Positions 10,849 to 19,982 of a stretch of DNA of 64,000 bases are shown here, one piece after another. A program made the position numbers and the translations under genes. The stretch is from an uncultured Acidobacteriota bacterium. Lineage in GTDB: Bacteria; Acidobacteriota; Thermoanaerobaculia; UBA5066; Gp7-AA6. Below the pieces are notes generated by a model, which was not told the origin of the DNA, searched no databases, and saw only the letters and a program-made list of their open reading frames with translations. The stretch lies in the NCBI GenBank assembly GCA_963804915.1, contig CAWDSI010000005.1, positions 135,917 through 199,916 on the forward strand, given 5' to 3'. The stretch's first letter is position 1; every line of letters starts with the position of its first letter.

Positions 10849-12053
10849 CGCCCGACTCTCCGGCGGACCTTCGGGCGGGTCCAGGCCAGGAAGTCGCGCA
10901 CCCAGGGACGGGCGTCGTCCCACGCGAAGGTCAGATCCCGGGCGCCGATCCACGAGAACAGAAACGGAGTCAGGCCCACCCCGCCGTTGCCGGTCGCCGC
11001 ACCTCGGCTCTGGAGGTCCCGCCGGAGGTGAAAGCACCTCCGGCCGATCGCATAGCTCGTCACAGGTTCGATGTCTTCGCCGAGGGCGTCTCGCCGGGCC
11101 ATGTCGCAGACGTCGACGCCGCAGTCCGCCGTAAAGCTGACGTACCACCAGGGCCGGGCGTTGACCTCGAGGATCTTGAAGAGGCCGTCCCGGGCGTCGT
11201 ACTTGAACTCGGCGCTGAAGACGCCGCGGTACCCGATCCCGGAAAGCAGCCGCCTCAGCGACTCGTCGGCGGGGCGGATCTCCTCGAGCGGGATCGACTC
11301 GGTGAACGTGCTGTTGCCGAAGTCGGCAGGAAACATTCGCAGCCGGCGGCGGGCCAGCATTCCGGAGACGCGGCCTTTTCGATCCATGAAGCCGTCGAGG
11401 AAGCAGTGGAGCGTGGGGGGCCCGGGCACGAACTCCTGGAGCATCAACTCGAGTCCACGGCCGGCAGCCTCCGAGACCAGCGCCTGCGCCTGAGCTCGGT
11501 TCTGAGGGCGCATCGCCTTGACGTGATAGATCGCGGAGAAGCGTCCGGAGTTCGCGGGCTTGAGGAACGAGGTCGCGATGGCTTCGTCCGGAACCGAGTC
11601 CAACATGCGGATGTCTCGCAGCAAAGTCGTACGGGGATGCGGAATGTCGAGCTCGGCGAGCGTCTCGGCGAATCGCGCCTTGTCTGTGAGGCGGCGCAGC
11701 ACGTCGGTCGGCGCGATGCTCGCCGGAAAACGGTCACGCAGGTCCGGGCGGAGTCGGCTGACCTCGATGGCCCAGGCGTCCGAGCAGGGGAGCAGCACGA
11801 GGCGGGGAATGTCCAGCGCTTCGAGCCGCGACGCCAGCTCCTGTTCCGAGTCCTGAGTGAAAGCCTCTCCCGGAAGCCGGCGGTACCAGCGGGAGCCGGT
11901 CACCATGTGGCCCGGCTCTCCGGCCACGTAGAGCGGGATCCCGCGCCGCCCCAGCGCGCGCACCGTTCCCAGGGCCGTGATGCCTTTCCCGAGGACAAGC
12001 ACGGGCACCGGAGGACGTGCCCCGCGCGAATGATCCAGCTCGAGCTCCCGCAT
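10845..12053 (-). CDS. ATP-grasp carboxylate-amine ligase family protein
   Basis: ORF 10845..12164(-). Rossmann-like N-terminus: PVLVLGKGITALGTVRALGRRGIPLYV. ATP-grasp core: FLKPANSG..LMLQEFVPGP..YRGVFSAEFKYDARDGLFKILEVNARPWW. I prefer the internal ATG at 12053 (MRELELDH..), because the longer ORF overlaps the divergent promoter and signal-peptide gene region. Confidence 0.7.
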   Translation of the reverse strand: MRELELDHSRGARPPVPVLVLGKGITALGTVRALGRRGIPLYVAGEPGHMVTGSRWYRRLPGEAFTQDSEQELASRLEALDIPRLVLLPCSDAWAIEVSRLRPDLRDRFPASIAPTDVLRRLTDKARFAETLAELDIPHPRTTLLRDIRMLDSVPDEAIATSFLKPANSGRFSAIYHVKAMRPQNRAQAQALVSEAAGRGLELMLQEFVPGPPTLHCFLDGFMDRKGRVSGMLARRRLRMFPADFGNSTFTESIPLEEIRPADESLRRLLSGIGYRGVFSAEFKYDARDGLFKILEVNARPWWYVSFTADCGVDVCDMARRDALGEDIEPVTSYAIGRRCFHLRRDLQSRGAATGNGGVGLTPFLFSWIGARDLTFAWDDARPWVRDFLAWTRPKVRRRVGR

Positions 12054-12140
12054 CCGATCGGTGACCAAACCGGCCAATGTTAAAGGATTTGCGGAACGCG
12101 TTCGGCGCGGTGCGGGGTTCGCCGCCGGGGAGCCGGCGGT

Positions 12141-12169
12141 TTGACAGGCGGAAGCGGCCAGCATAGCCT
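12141..12169 (+). promoter_or_regulatory. Sigma70-like promoter candidate (TTGACA-N17-TAGCCT) for the secreted multidomain protein gene
   Basis: TTGACA at 12141..12146, a 17-nt spacer, then TAGCCT at 12164..12169. This is 29 nt upstream of ATG 12198. The same TTGACA-N17-TAnnnT architecture recurs at 18099 and 43804. Confidence 0.4.
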
Positions 12170-12197
12170 TTCGGCTCTTCCAAGCAACGCACCGCGA

Positions 12198-15100
12198 ATG
12201 AGACGACTGACCATCGCCACGGCCCTGGTTCTAACACTCGGGGCTGGCGCCGCCCGGGCGGCAACGCTGCCGGCGGGATTCTCCGAGACGTTTGTCTCCG
12301 GTTTCTCCAGCCCGACGGCGATGGCGGTCGCTCCGGACGGCCGGGTGTTCGTGTGCGAGCAGGGCGGCGACCTGAGGGTGATCAAGAATGGCGCTTTGCT
12401 CGCGACTCCGTTCCTTTCGCTGACGGTCGACTCCGCCGGAGAGCGAGGGCTCCTCGGCGTCGCGTTCGATCCCAACTTCGTGACCAACCAGTACGTCTAC
12501 GTCTACTACACCGTGCCGGGATCTCCGGCTCACAATCGCGTCCGGCGCTACACGGCCGACGGCGACGTGGCGGTCTCGGGGAGCGGCTTCACGCTCCTGG
12601 ATCTGAATGATCTGTCGTCGGCGACCAATCACAACGGCGGCGCGTTGCACTTCGGCCTCGACGGAAAGCTCTACATCGCGGTCGGTGAGAATGCCAGCCC
12701 ATCCAACGCGCAGACGCTGACGAATCTGCTGGGCAAGGTTCTGAGGATCAACTCCGACGGTTCCATTCCGCCCGACAATCCTTTCGTCGGCGTGGCCGGC
12801 GCCCGGGAGGAGATCTGGGCGCTGGGGCTGCGCAACCCGTTCTCGTTCGCGGTGCAGCCGTTCAGCGGGCGAATCTTCATCAACGACGTCGGACAGAGCA
12901 CCTGGGAGGAGATCGACGACGGAGCCTCGGGCGCGAACTACGGGTGGCCGACCTGCGAGGGCGACTGCGTCCCGCAGCCGCCGCCTCCGGGCATCACGGA
13001 TCCCTTCTACTTCTACAGCAGTGCACACCGGGACTCCGTGCGCCATCACGGGCGGCGACTTCTATAACCCGCAGACACCGCAGTTCCCGGCCTCGTACAC
13101 CGGCGACTACTTCTACGCGGACTACTGCGGAGACTGGATCAAGCGAATCGACACCGTCTCCGGGGCGGTCACGGATTTCGCGACGGGCATCTCCGCTCCC
13201 GTCGACATCCACGTCGACTTCGAGGGTAACCTTCACTACCTCGCCAGGGACACCGGCCGCGTCTACAAGGTCGTCTACACCGGCACGAACGCGCCCGTCA
13301 TCACCGAGAACCCCCAGAGCCAGCTCCGCTCGGTGGGCGCGACCGCGACCTTCTTTGTGGCGGCGAGCGGCGCGGCGCCACTCACGTACCAGTGGCAGAA
13401 GAACAGCGTGGATATCGGGGGGGGAGCGACGTCGCCGTCTTACACGACGCCGGCCCTCATTCTCGGCGACGGCGGCAATCAGTACCGCTGCATCGTGTCG
13501 AACGGGTCGGGAAGCGCCACCAGCGCCCAGGCGGTCCTGACCGTGACGACCAACCAGACGCCGACGGCCACGATCAGCTCGCCGGGTTCCGGATCCACGT
13601 ACGCCGGCGGATCGACCATCAACTACTCCGGCTCGGGAAGCGACCCCGAGGACGGCAGCCTGCCGGCCGACGCGCTGACGTGGTGGGTGAATTTTCATCA
13701 CGACACACACACCCATCCGGTGCTTCCCCCGACCAGCGGGTCGACCGGCGGATCTTTCGTCGTGCCGCCCGTCGGCGAAACGTCGCCCAACGTCTGGTAC
13801 CGGATCCATCTCTCGGTCATCGATTCCGTGGGACTGACGTCCGAGACCTTCCGCGACGTCGTACCCCGCACGACGACCATGACGTTCACCACGAGTCCCG
13901 CAGGACTCCAGTTGAAGCTGGACGGGCAGCCGTTCACGGCGCCATCCACCGTGGTGGGCGTCGAAGGCATCATCCGCAACATCGAAGCGCCCTCTCCCCA
14001 GGGAGGCAACGTCTTCCAGTCCTGGTCCGACGGCGGCGCGCGCGTCCACGACATCACGACCCCCGTCAACAACACGACGTACACGGCGACGTTCGCGGGC
14101 GGGCCCACGCCGACGCACACGTTCACAGCGAGCCGCACGCCCACGCGCACGAACACGCGCACGCCGAGCCGGACGCCCACGAACACCCCGAGCCGGACGC
14201 CGACCTTCACGGCGAGCCGCACGCCGACGAGCACACGCACGAACACGCGCACGCCGAGCCGGACACCGACGAACACTCCGAGCCGGACGCCGACGAACAC
14301 GTTTACGGCGAGCCGGACGCCCACACGCACACGCACGAACACGCGCACGCCGAGCCGGACGCCGACAAACACTCCGAGTCAGACGCCGACGAACACGTTC
14401 ACCGCGAGCCGGACGCCCACACGCACACGCACGAACACCCGCACACCGAGCCGGACGCCCACGAACACTCCGAGCCAGACGCCGACCTCCACGGCGTCTC
14501 GAACCCCGACGCGCACGGCCTCGCGGACGGCGACCCGGACCGCCAGCCGAACGCCGACCTTCACGCCGAGCCGGACACCGACGATCACCTCCTCGCGCAC
14601 GCCGACGCGGACCCCCAGCCGGACGCCCACGCCCCCGCCGGGATCGGCGGGCGTCAGCGCGATCGCGCCGAGCTCGGGCCCCGCCGCCGCCGGAACGAAC
14701 GTGACGATCACCGGAACCAATTTCGTTTCGGGGGCCGCGGTCACGCTGGGCGGGGCGTCGCTGACCTCGATCGTCTACGTGGACTCGACGCACATCACGG
14801 GCAAGACGCCTTCGCGACCGGCCGGGTCGCTGCAGGACGTCTCCGTGACGAACCCGGGCGGATTGCCCGGCGGTCGTCACCGGAATGCTCAGCCGGGGCT
14901 GGCTCTCGGACTTCGCCGACGTGCCGCAGGTCAACCCCTTCCACGGCGACGTCGAGAGCGTCTTCCGCTCGGCGGTGACGGCCGGCTGCGGGACGGGCGT
15001 GTACTGCCCGACGTTGCCGGTCACCCGCGCGCAGATGGCGGTCTTTCTCCTGAAGTCGGAGCACGGATCGTCCTACGACCCGCCGGCTTGTCAGGGACAG

Positions 15101-15508
15101 TTCGGGGACGTGCCCTGCTCGAGCCCCTATGCCGAGTGGATCGAGCAGCTCGCCTCCGAGGGCATCACGGCGGGCTGCGGGGGCGGCAACTATTGTCCGG
15201 ACGCGGCCGTGACCCGCGAGCAGATGGCCGTTTTCCTGCTCAAGACCGAGCACGGCGCGGCGTACACGCCTCCGGCGTGCACGGGGGTTTTCGACGACGT
15301 TCCCTGCCCGAGCGCGTACGCCCGATGGATCGAGCGGCTGGCCGCCGAAGGCATCACAGCCGGGTGCGGAGGGGATAACTACTGTCCGGACAATCCCGTC
15401 GGGCGGGGCGCCATGGCGACCTTCCTGGCCAAGACCTTCGATCTGCCCGGGGAACCCTTCTCAGCGGTTCGTCCGGCGAGGCCTCGAATCCTGGATTCCC
15501 GGCCTTGA
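12198..15508 (+). CDS. Large secreted multidomain protein: PQQ-type glucose/sorbosone-dehydrogenase beta-propeller, Ig-like domain, unknown domain, TP-rich linker, IPT/TIG domain and three SLH-like repeats; two frame changes (~13020 and ~14865)
   Basis: Signal peptide from ATG 12198: [25 protein letters not shown]-like region: [77 protein letters not shown]. Ig-like region: [19 protein letters not shown]-like region: [17 protein letters not shown]. The protein is carried by ORFs 12141..13067, 13021..15378 and 14885..15508 in three frames, with junctions ..[16 protein letters not shown].. and ..[18 protein letters not shown].. Confidence 0.7.
14122..14493 (+). repeat. Tandem coding repeat (units of 84+96+96+96 bp) within the Thr/Pro/Arg linker (14101..14640)
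   Basis: Units start at 14122, 14206, 14302 and 14398. Each encodes FTASRTPT(R/S)[17 protein letters not shown](R/Q)TPT(N/S)T and they are nearly identical at DNA level. Confidence 0.85.
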
Positions 15509-15530
15509 ATGCCGCAGTTCTCCCGCCCGC

Positions 15531-17039
15531 GTGTCACAATTTCCTCGCTTGAGTCGGACGCGCTGGACGGTCGGTCTCGTTTTCGCCGGAGTCTTCGGCT
15601 TCCTCGGGTTCGGCATGTGGGGCGGCTTCCCGGTCTGGGACGACGCCTACCTCGTCCTCTTTCTCCGGGAGTCGACCCTCGAAACCCTCGTCGCCAATCA
15701 CTCCCACCGCCCGCTCTTCGGTCAACTCCTGAAGTGGAGCGCCGCGGCCTTCGGCCTCCACCGAGGCCCCTACGTCGCCATGGCCCTCGCCCTCTGGGCG
15801 ATCCTGGCCTGGCAGACGGCGCGGCTGGCCCGGCGTGTGCGGCCGGGTGACGCCTTCCTTCCCTCGCTCGCGGCGCTCCTCGTCCTGACGCCCGTCCTGG
15901 TGACGACGCAGTTCACGACGGCGACCACCGTGCTGTCGGTCAATCTGCCGGTCTCGCTGGCGCTCGCCGCGCTTCTGACCTGTCTCGCGGCCGATGCACC
16001 GGTCGGGCGCACGCGGGGTCTCGGAGCCGCGCTCCTCGTGGCCGGCGCCGTCACGATCAGCGAGTACGGCATCGCCGCCGGGTTCGCCGCTGCGGCTTTT
16101 CTCGCCGCCCGCCGACGTGTTCGCGACGCCGGGTGGGTGGCCGCGGGGATGGTCGCCGGATACGCGGTGTTCCGCGCCTTCAGCCATGTCGAAGTGCGGG
16201 CGAAGCAGCTGCCGTCGGTCCAGATCCGCAACTTCCTCGCGGAGCCTCATTTCGCCGCCCTGCGCTTCGTCGATGGGCTCTGGCACAGCCTGGCGGGCGG
16301 GTGGGCCTGGGCGGCGGGCGCGATTCGCATCGAGGTCCATTCGCGCTCGACGATCCTGGGCGTCCTCGCGGCGGGAGTCGTCGGAGCGGTTTTCGCGGCG
16401 ATCGATCGCCGCCAGTCAGGCTTCGGGGAGGATCGAGTGCCGTTAATGGCACTCGCGGTCTCGGTCGCGGCGGGAATTCTTCCGGTCGCTCTCGCCAACC
16501 GGAACGTCACGAGCTTGAATCCGTACGAATCGCGGTATCTCCTGCCCGTCCTCCCGTTTTCGGCATTGGCCCTGGCGGGGGGCGTGCGGAGTCTCACGCC
16601 GCTCCGTTTGCGCCGGGCGGCGACGTCGATCGTGGCGGGCCTGGCGGTCTACTGGGTCATCGTCGCCGCCTTCCAGACGCGGAATTTCCAGTCGACGCTG
16701 CAGGAGCTCGGAGATCGGCTCCGGCCCCTCCTGAGGGACCCGGGAATCGTGGTCGCCGTCGTCACGGATCGCTGGATGCTCGACGGCAGCGACCTGACCC
16801 CGAAAGTCACGTGGACCTGGAGCGACGCGGACGCTCGGCGCGTCTGGGTCATGCCGGAGGACTCGGCCGAAGCCCTGTTCGGGTCGCGGGTCGACTGCCG
16901 CGGCGCGGAGAGGATCGACCTCCCGCCGGAGCTGATGCAGGCGGAGCGAAACGGCCCCGTGTCGCACCTGGTGTGGGTGTCGCCCAGGGGCGAGGGGGCC
17001 GGCGCCCTGGAGCCTTATTGCGTCAGGCCCGTTCGCTGA
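15531..17039 (+). CDS. Polytopic membrane protein, candidate GT-C-fold (ArnT/PMT-like) glycosyltransferase
   Basis: 502-aa ORF with roughly 10-12 hydrophobic segments. An acidic WDDAY motif lies in the first loop after TM1 (GFPVWDDAYLVLF), as in GT-C enzymes. The C-terminal ~120 aa are soluble. It is convergent with, and 6 nt from, a GtrB-like GT2 gene. The fold assignment is inference only. Confidence 0.45.
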   Translation: MSQFPRLSRTRWTVGLVFAGVFGFLGFGMWGGFPVWDDAYLVLFLRESTLETLVANHSHRPLFGQLLKWSAAAFGLHRGPYVAMALALWAILAWQTARLARRVRPGDAFLPSLAALLVLTPVLVTTQFTTATTVLSVNLPVSLALAALLTCLAADAPVGRTRGLGAALLVAGAVTISEYGIAAGFAAAAFLAARRRVRDAGWVAAGMVAGYAVFRAFSHVEVRAKQLPSVQIRNFLAEPHFAALRFVDGLWHSLAGGWAWAAGAIRIEVHSRSTILGVLAAGVVGAVFAAIDRRQSGFGEDRVPLMALAVSVAAGILPVALANRNVTSLNPYESRYLLPVLPFSALALAGGVRSLTPLRLRRAATSIVAGLAVYWVIVAAFQTRNFQSTLQELGDRLRPLLRDPGIVVAVVTDRWMLDGSDLTPKVTWTWSDADARRVWVMPEDSAEALFGSRVDCRGAERIDLPPELMQAERNGPVSHLVWVSPRGEGAGALEPYCVRPVR

Positions 17040-17045
17040 CGCGGC

Positions 17046-17992
17046 CTATGGTTTCTCTACAGGTGGTTCACCGAGGCCGATCGAGGCGCGGACGAGGTAG
17101 AGCGGTCGCTGCTTGACCTCTTCGTAGATCTTGCCGAGGTACACGCCGAGGACGCCGATCAGCATCAGCTGGATTCCGCCGACGATCGCAACGAGCATCA
17201 CGATCGAAGTCCAGCCCGCGAGCACCGTGCCGCTCGCGAATCGTTCCCAGAGTGCGTAGAGAGAATAGAGAAAGCCGAGGCGGCCAGGACGGTGCCCGCG
17301 TAGACGGCGAGGTGGAGTGGAACCGTCGAGAACGACACGAGGGCATCGAGGGCGAGCCGGGCGATGCGGGCGCTCGTGAATTTCGTGACCCCCTCCTCCC
17401 GCGCCGGCGCCTCGTAGGTCACGCTGGTCGAGCGAAACCCGGTCCAGACGGTCAGCCCCGCCAGGAAGCGAGTCCGCTCGCGGATGTCCCCGAGCGCCCG
17501 GACGACCTTGCGGTCGAGCAGACGGAAGTCCGCCGTGTTCGCCGGCAGGTCGATCCGGCTGAGCCGCCGGAAGAGCGAATAAAAGGCGTCGCCGGCGGTC
17601 CGGCGCAGGCCCGAGGCGTCGGCCGTCGAACGGCGGATGGTGTGGACGACCTCGAATCCTTCCCGCCACTTCTCGAGAAGCGCGGGGAGTAGCGACGGGG
17701 GGTGTTGAAGGTCTCCGTCCATGATCACGACGGCGTCGCCCGAGCTGTGGTCGAGGCCGGCGGTCAAAGCCATCTGGTACCCGAAATTGCGGGAGAACGA
17801 GACGAGCTTGACCCTCGGATCGGAGGCGTGAAGGTCGGCGACCGCGGCCGCCGATCGATCCGTGCTTCCGTCGTCGACGAAGATGAGCTCGAAGTCGGGG
17901 GAGGCCTTTTCGAGCTCTCCGCGAACCCGCTCGTAGAGCCGCGGGACATTGCCTTCTTCGTTGAGGATGGGGACCACGACGGACACCCGCAT
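17046..17992 (-). CDS. GT2 polyprenyl-phosphate glycosyltransferase (GtrB/ArnC/DPM1-like); one frame change near 17275
   Basis: Sequence from ATG 17992: MRVSVVVPILNEEGNVPRLYERV..ELIFVDDGSTDRS..SRNFGYQMALTAGL..VIMDGDLQHPP.. The two C-terminal TM helices (GFLYSLYALWERF..IVMLVAIVGGIQLMLIGVLGVYLGKIYEEVKQRPLY) lie in the frame of ORF 17046..17669. Confidence 0.8.
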
Positions 17993-18098
17993 CGGCCCCT
18001 CCCTCGGCGCCGCACGATACCGGCTGCAGGGCATTATCGCAGGCCTCCGGGTCCGGAAGGCGCCGCCGAGGCCGGTCCGGGGCTTCTTTCCAACCCCG

Positions 18099-18127
18099 TT
18101 GACAGGCCCTCTCCGCTTACGTATTCT
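18099..18127 (+). promoter_or_regulatory. Sigma70-like promoter candidate (TTGACA-N17-TATTCT) upstream of rplM-rpsI
   Basis: TTGACA at 18099..18104, a 17-nt spacer, then TATTCT at 18122..18127. An ~82-nt GC-rich leader precedes rplM. Confidence 0.45.
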
Positions 18128-18209
18128 TACGCGCCCTCGAAACGGGGGCTCCCGCCCGGGTCCGCCTCGGTGCGGGCCACCTTGAGAGTTCGAGTGAGGG
18201 TTTAACGCG

Positions 18210-18650
18210 ATGGCTTCTGGCACGGGAAGAGTATCGGCAGCGGACGTCCGCCACGACTGGTTCGTGGTGGATGCGTCCGGATTGGTCCTCGGTCGGCTCG
18301 CGACCCGGGTCGCCCGGATTCTTTCCGGCAAGCATCGGGCGAACTACGTGCCGTACCTCGACATGGGCGACTTCGTCGTCGTGACGAACGCCGAGAAGAT
18401 CAAGCTCACCGGCAAGAAGCTCGACGTGAAGATGTATCGCCGCCACACCGGGTTCCCGGGCGGATTGAAGTCGGTGGGGGCGCGCGAGCAGCAGGCGAAG
18501 TATCCCGAGCGGATCATCGAGGACGCCGTTCGCGGAATGCTGCCGAAGTCGAAGATGGGCCGCAAGCAGTTGAAGAAGCTGAAGGTATACCGCGGGGAAA
18601 AGCACCCGCACGAGGCGCAGCAGCCTCGACCGTTGAAGGTGTCGGCCTAA
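18210..18650 (+). CDS. rplM: 50S ribosomal protein L13
   Basis: 146-aa ORF with WFVVDASGLVLGRLATRVARILSGKH..YVPYLDMGDFVVVTNAEKI. It forms the conserved rplM-rpsI pair. Confidence 0.92.
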   Translation: MASGTGRVSAADVRHDWFVVDASGLVLGRLATRVARILSGKHRANYVPYLDMGDFVVVTNAEKIKLTGKKLDVKMYRRHTGFPGGLKSVGAREQQAKYPERIIEDAVRGMLPKSKMGRKQLKKLKVYRGEKHPHEAQQPRPLKVSA

Positions 18651-18689
18651 GGCCGCGACACACTTTTTCGAATAGAGCTCGGAGGAGTC

Positions 18690-19085
18690 TTGGCAGTCGA
18701 CATTCAGCACAGGGCCACCGGACGGCGGAAGACCTCGATGGCGCGCGTCCGCCTGGTTCCCGGGACCGGCGCGATCACCGTCAACAAGCGCTCCATCGAC
18801 GACTACTTCCCCAACAACGTCCTCAAGATGGTCATCAAGCAGCCGCTCCAGTCCACGGAGACGGTCGAGAAGTTCGACATCCACGTGACGGTGGCCGGCG
18901 GCGGGCCGACGGGACAGGCCGGCGCCATCCGTCACGGCATCGCCCGCGCGCTGACCGAGTACAACCTGGAGCTCCGCAAGAAGCTCAAGAAGGAAGGTTT
19001 CCTGACGCGGGACCCCCGGATGAAGGAACGCAAGAAGTACGGGCAGCGCGGCGCGCGGGCCCGGTTCCAGTTCAGCAAACGTTAA
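18690..19085 (+). CDS. rpsI: 30S ribosomal protein S9
   Basis: 131-aa ORF. The TTG start follows GGAGGA. It contains [24 protein letters not shown] and ends ..RARFQFSKR. Confidence 0.92.
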   Translation: MAVDIQHRATGRRKTSMARVRLVPGTGAITVNKRSIDDYFPNNVLKMVIKQPLQSTETVEKFDIHVTVAGGGPTGQAGAIRHGIARALTEYNLELRKKLKKEGFLTRDPRMKERKKYGQRGARARFQFSKR

Positions 19086-19141
19086 GCGTTAAGTGAGCCG
19101 AAGGGCTCCGGAAAGGGAGGTGTGATCTGGCATCTATTTCG

Positions 19142-19900
<759 letters not shown>

Positions 19901-19910
19901 GAACCGTCGA

Positions 19911-19969
19911 GGGTTGAGCGTTGAGAGTTGAGCGTCCGCTCAACCCTTAGCTCTCAACTCTCCACTTTT
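19911..19969 (+). terminator. rpsB-tsf intergenic nested hairpins followed by a T-run (attenuator/terminator candidate)
   Basis: Inner hairpin GTTGAGC-GTCC-GCTCAAC (19927..19944). GGGTTGAGCG (19911..19920) pairs with CGCTCAACCC (19937..19946). GAGAGTTGAG (19923..19932) pairs with CTCAACTCTC (19952..19961), followed by CACTTTTG. Confidence 0.4.
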
Positions 19970-19982
19970 GACTGAGGCACTC

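Noticed and set aside
14101-14640. Regularly spaced near-identical ~96-bp units, which could superficially suggest a CRISPR-like or satellite array.
   Set aside because: The units are contiguous with no unique spacers. They keep one open reading frame and encode a Thr/Pro linker inside a gene. No cas genes are nearby.
12994-15024. A 676-aa minus-strand ORF, plus several plus- and minus-strand ORFs (13392..14978, 13698..14372, 14379..14744), across the exoprotein gene.
   Set aside because: They are mirror-image or alternative-frame readings of the TPTRTPSR repeat region (RRRARR.. and GVRVGVRL.. patterns). They have no domain content, and the sense frame has clear domains on both sides.
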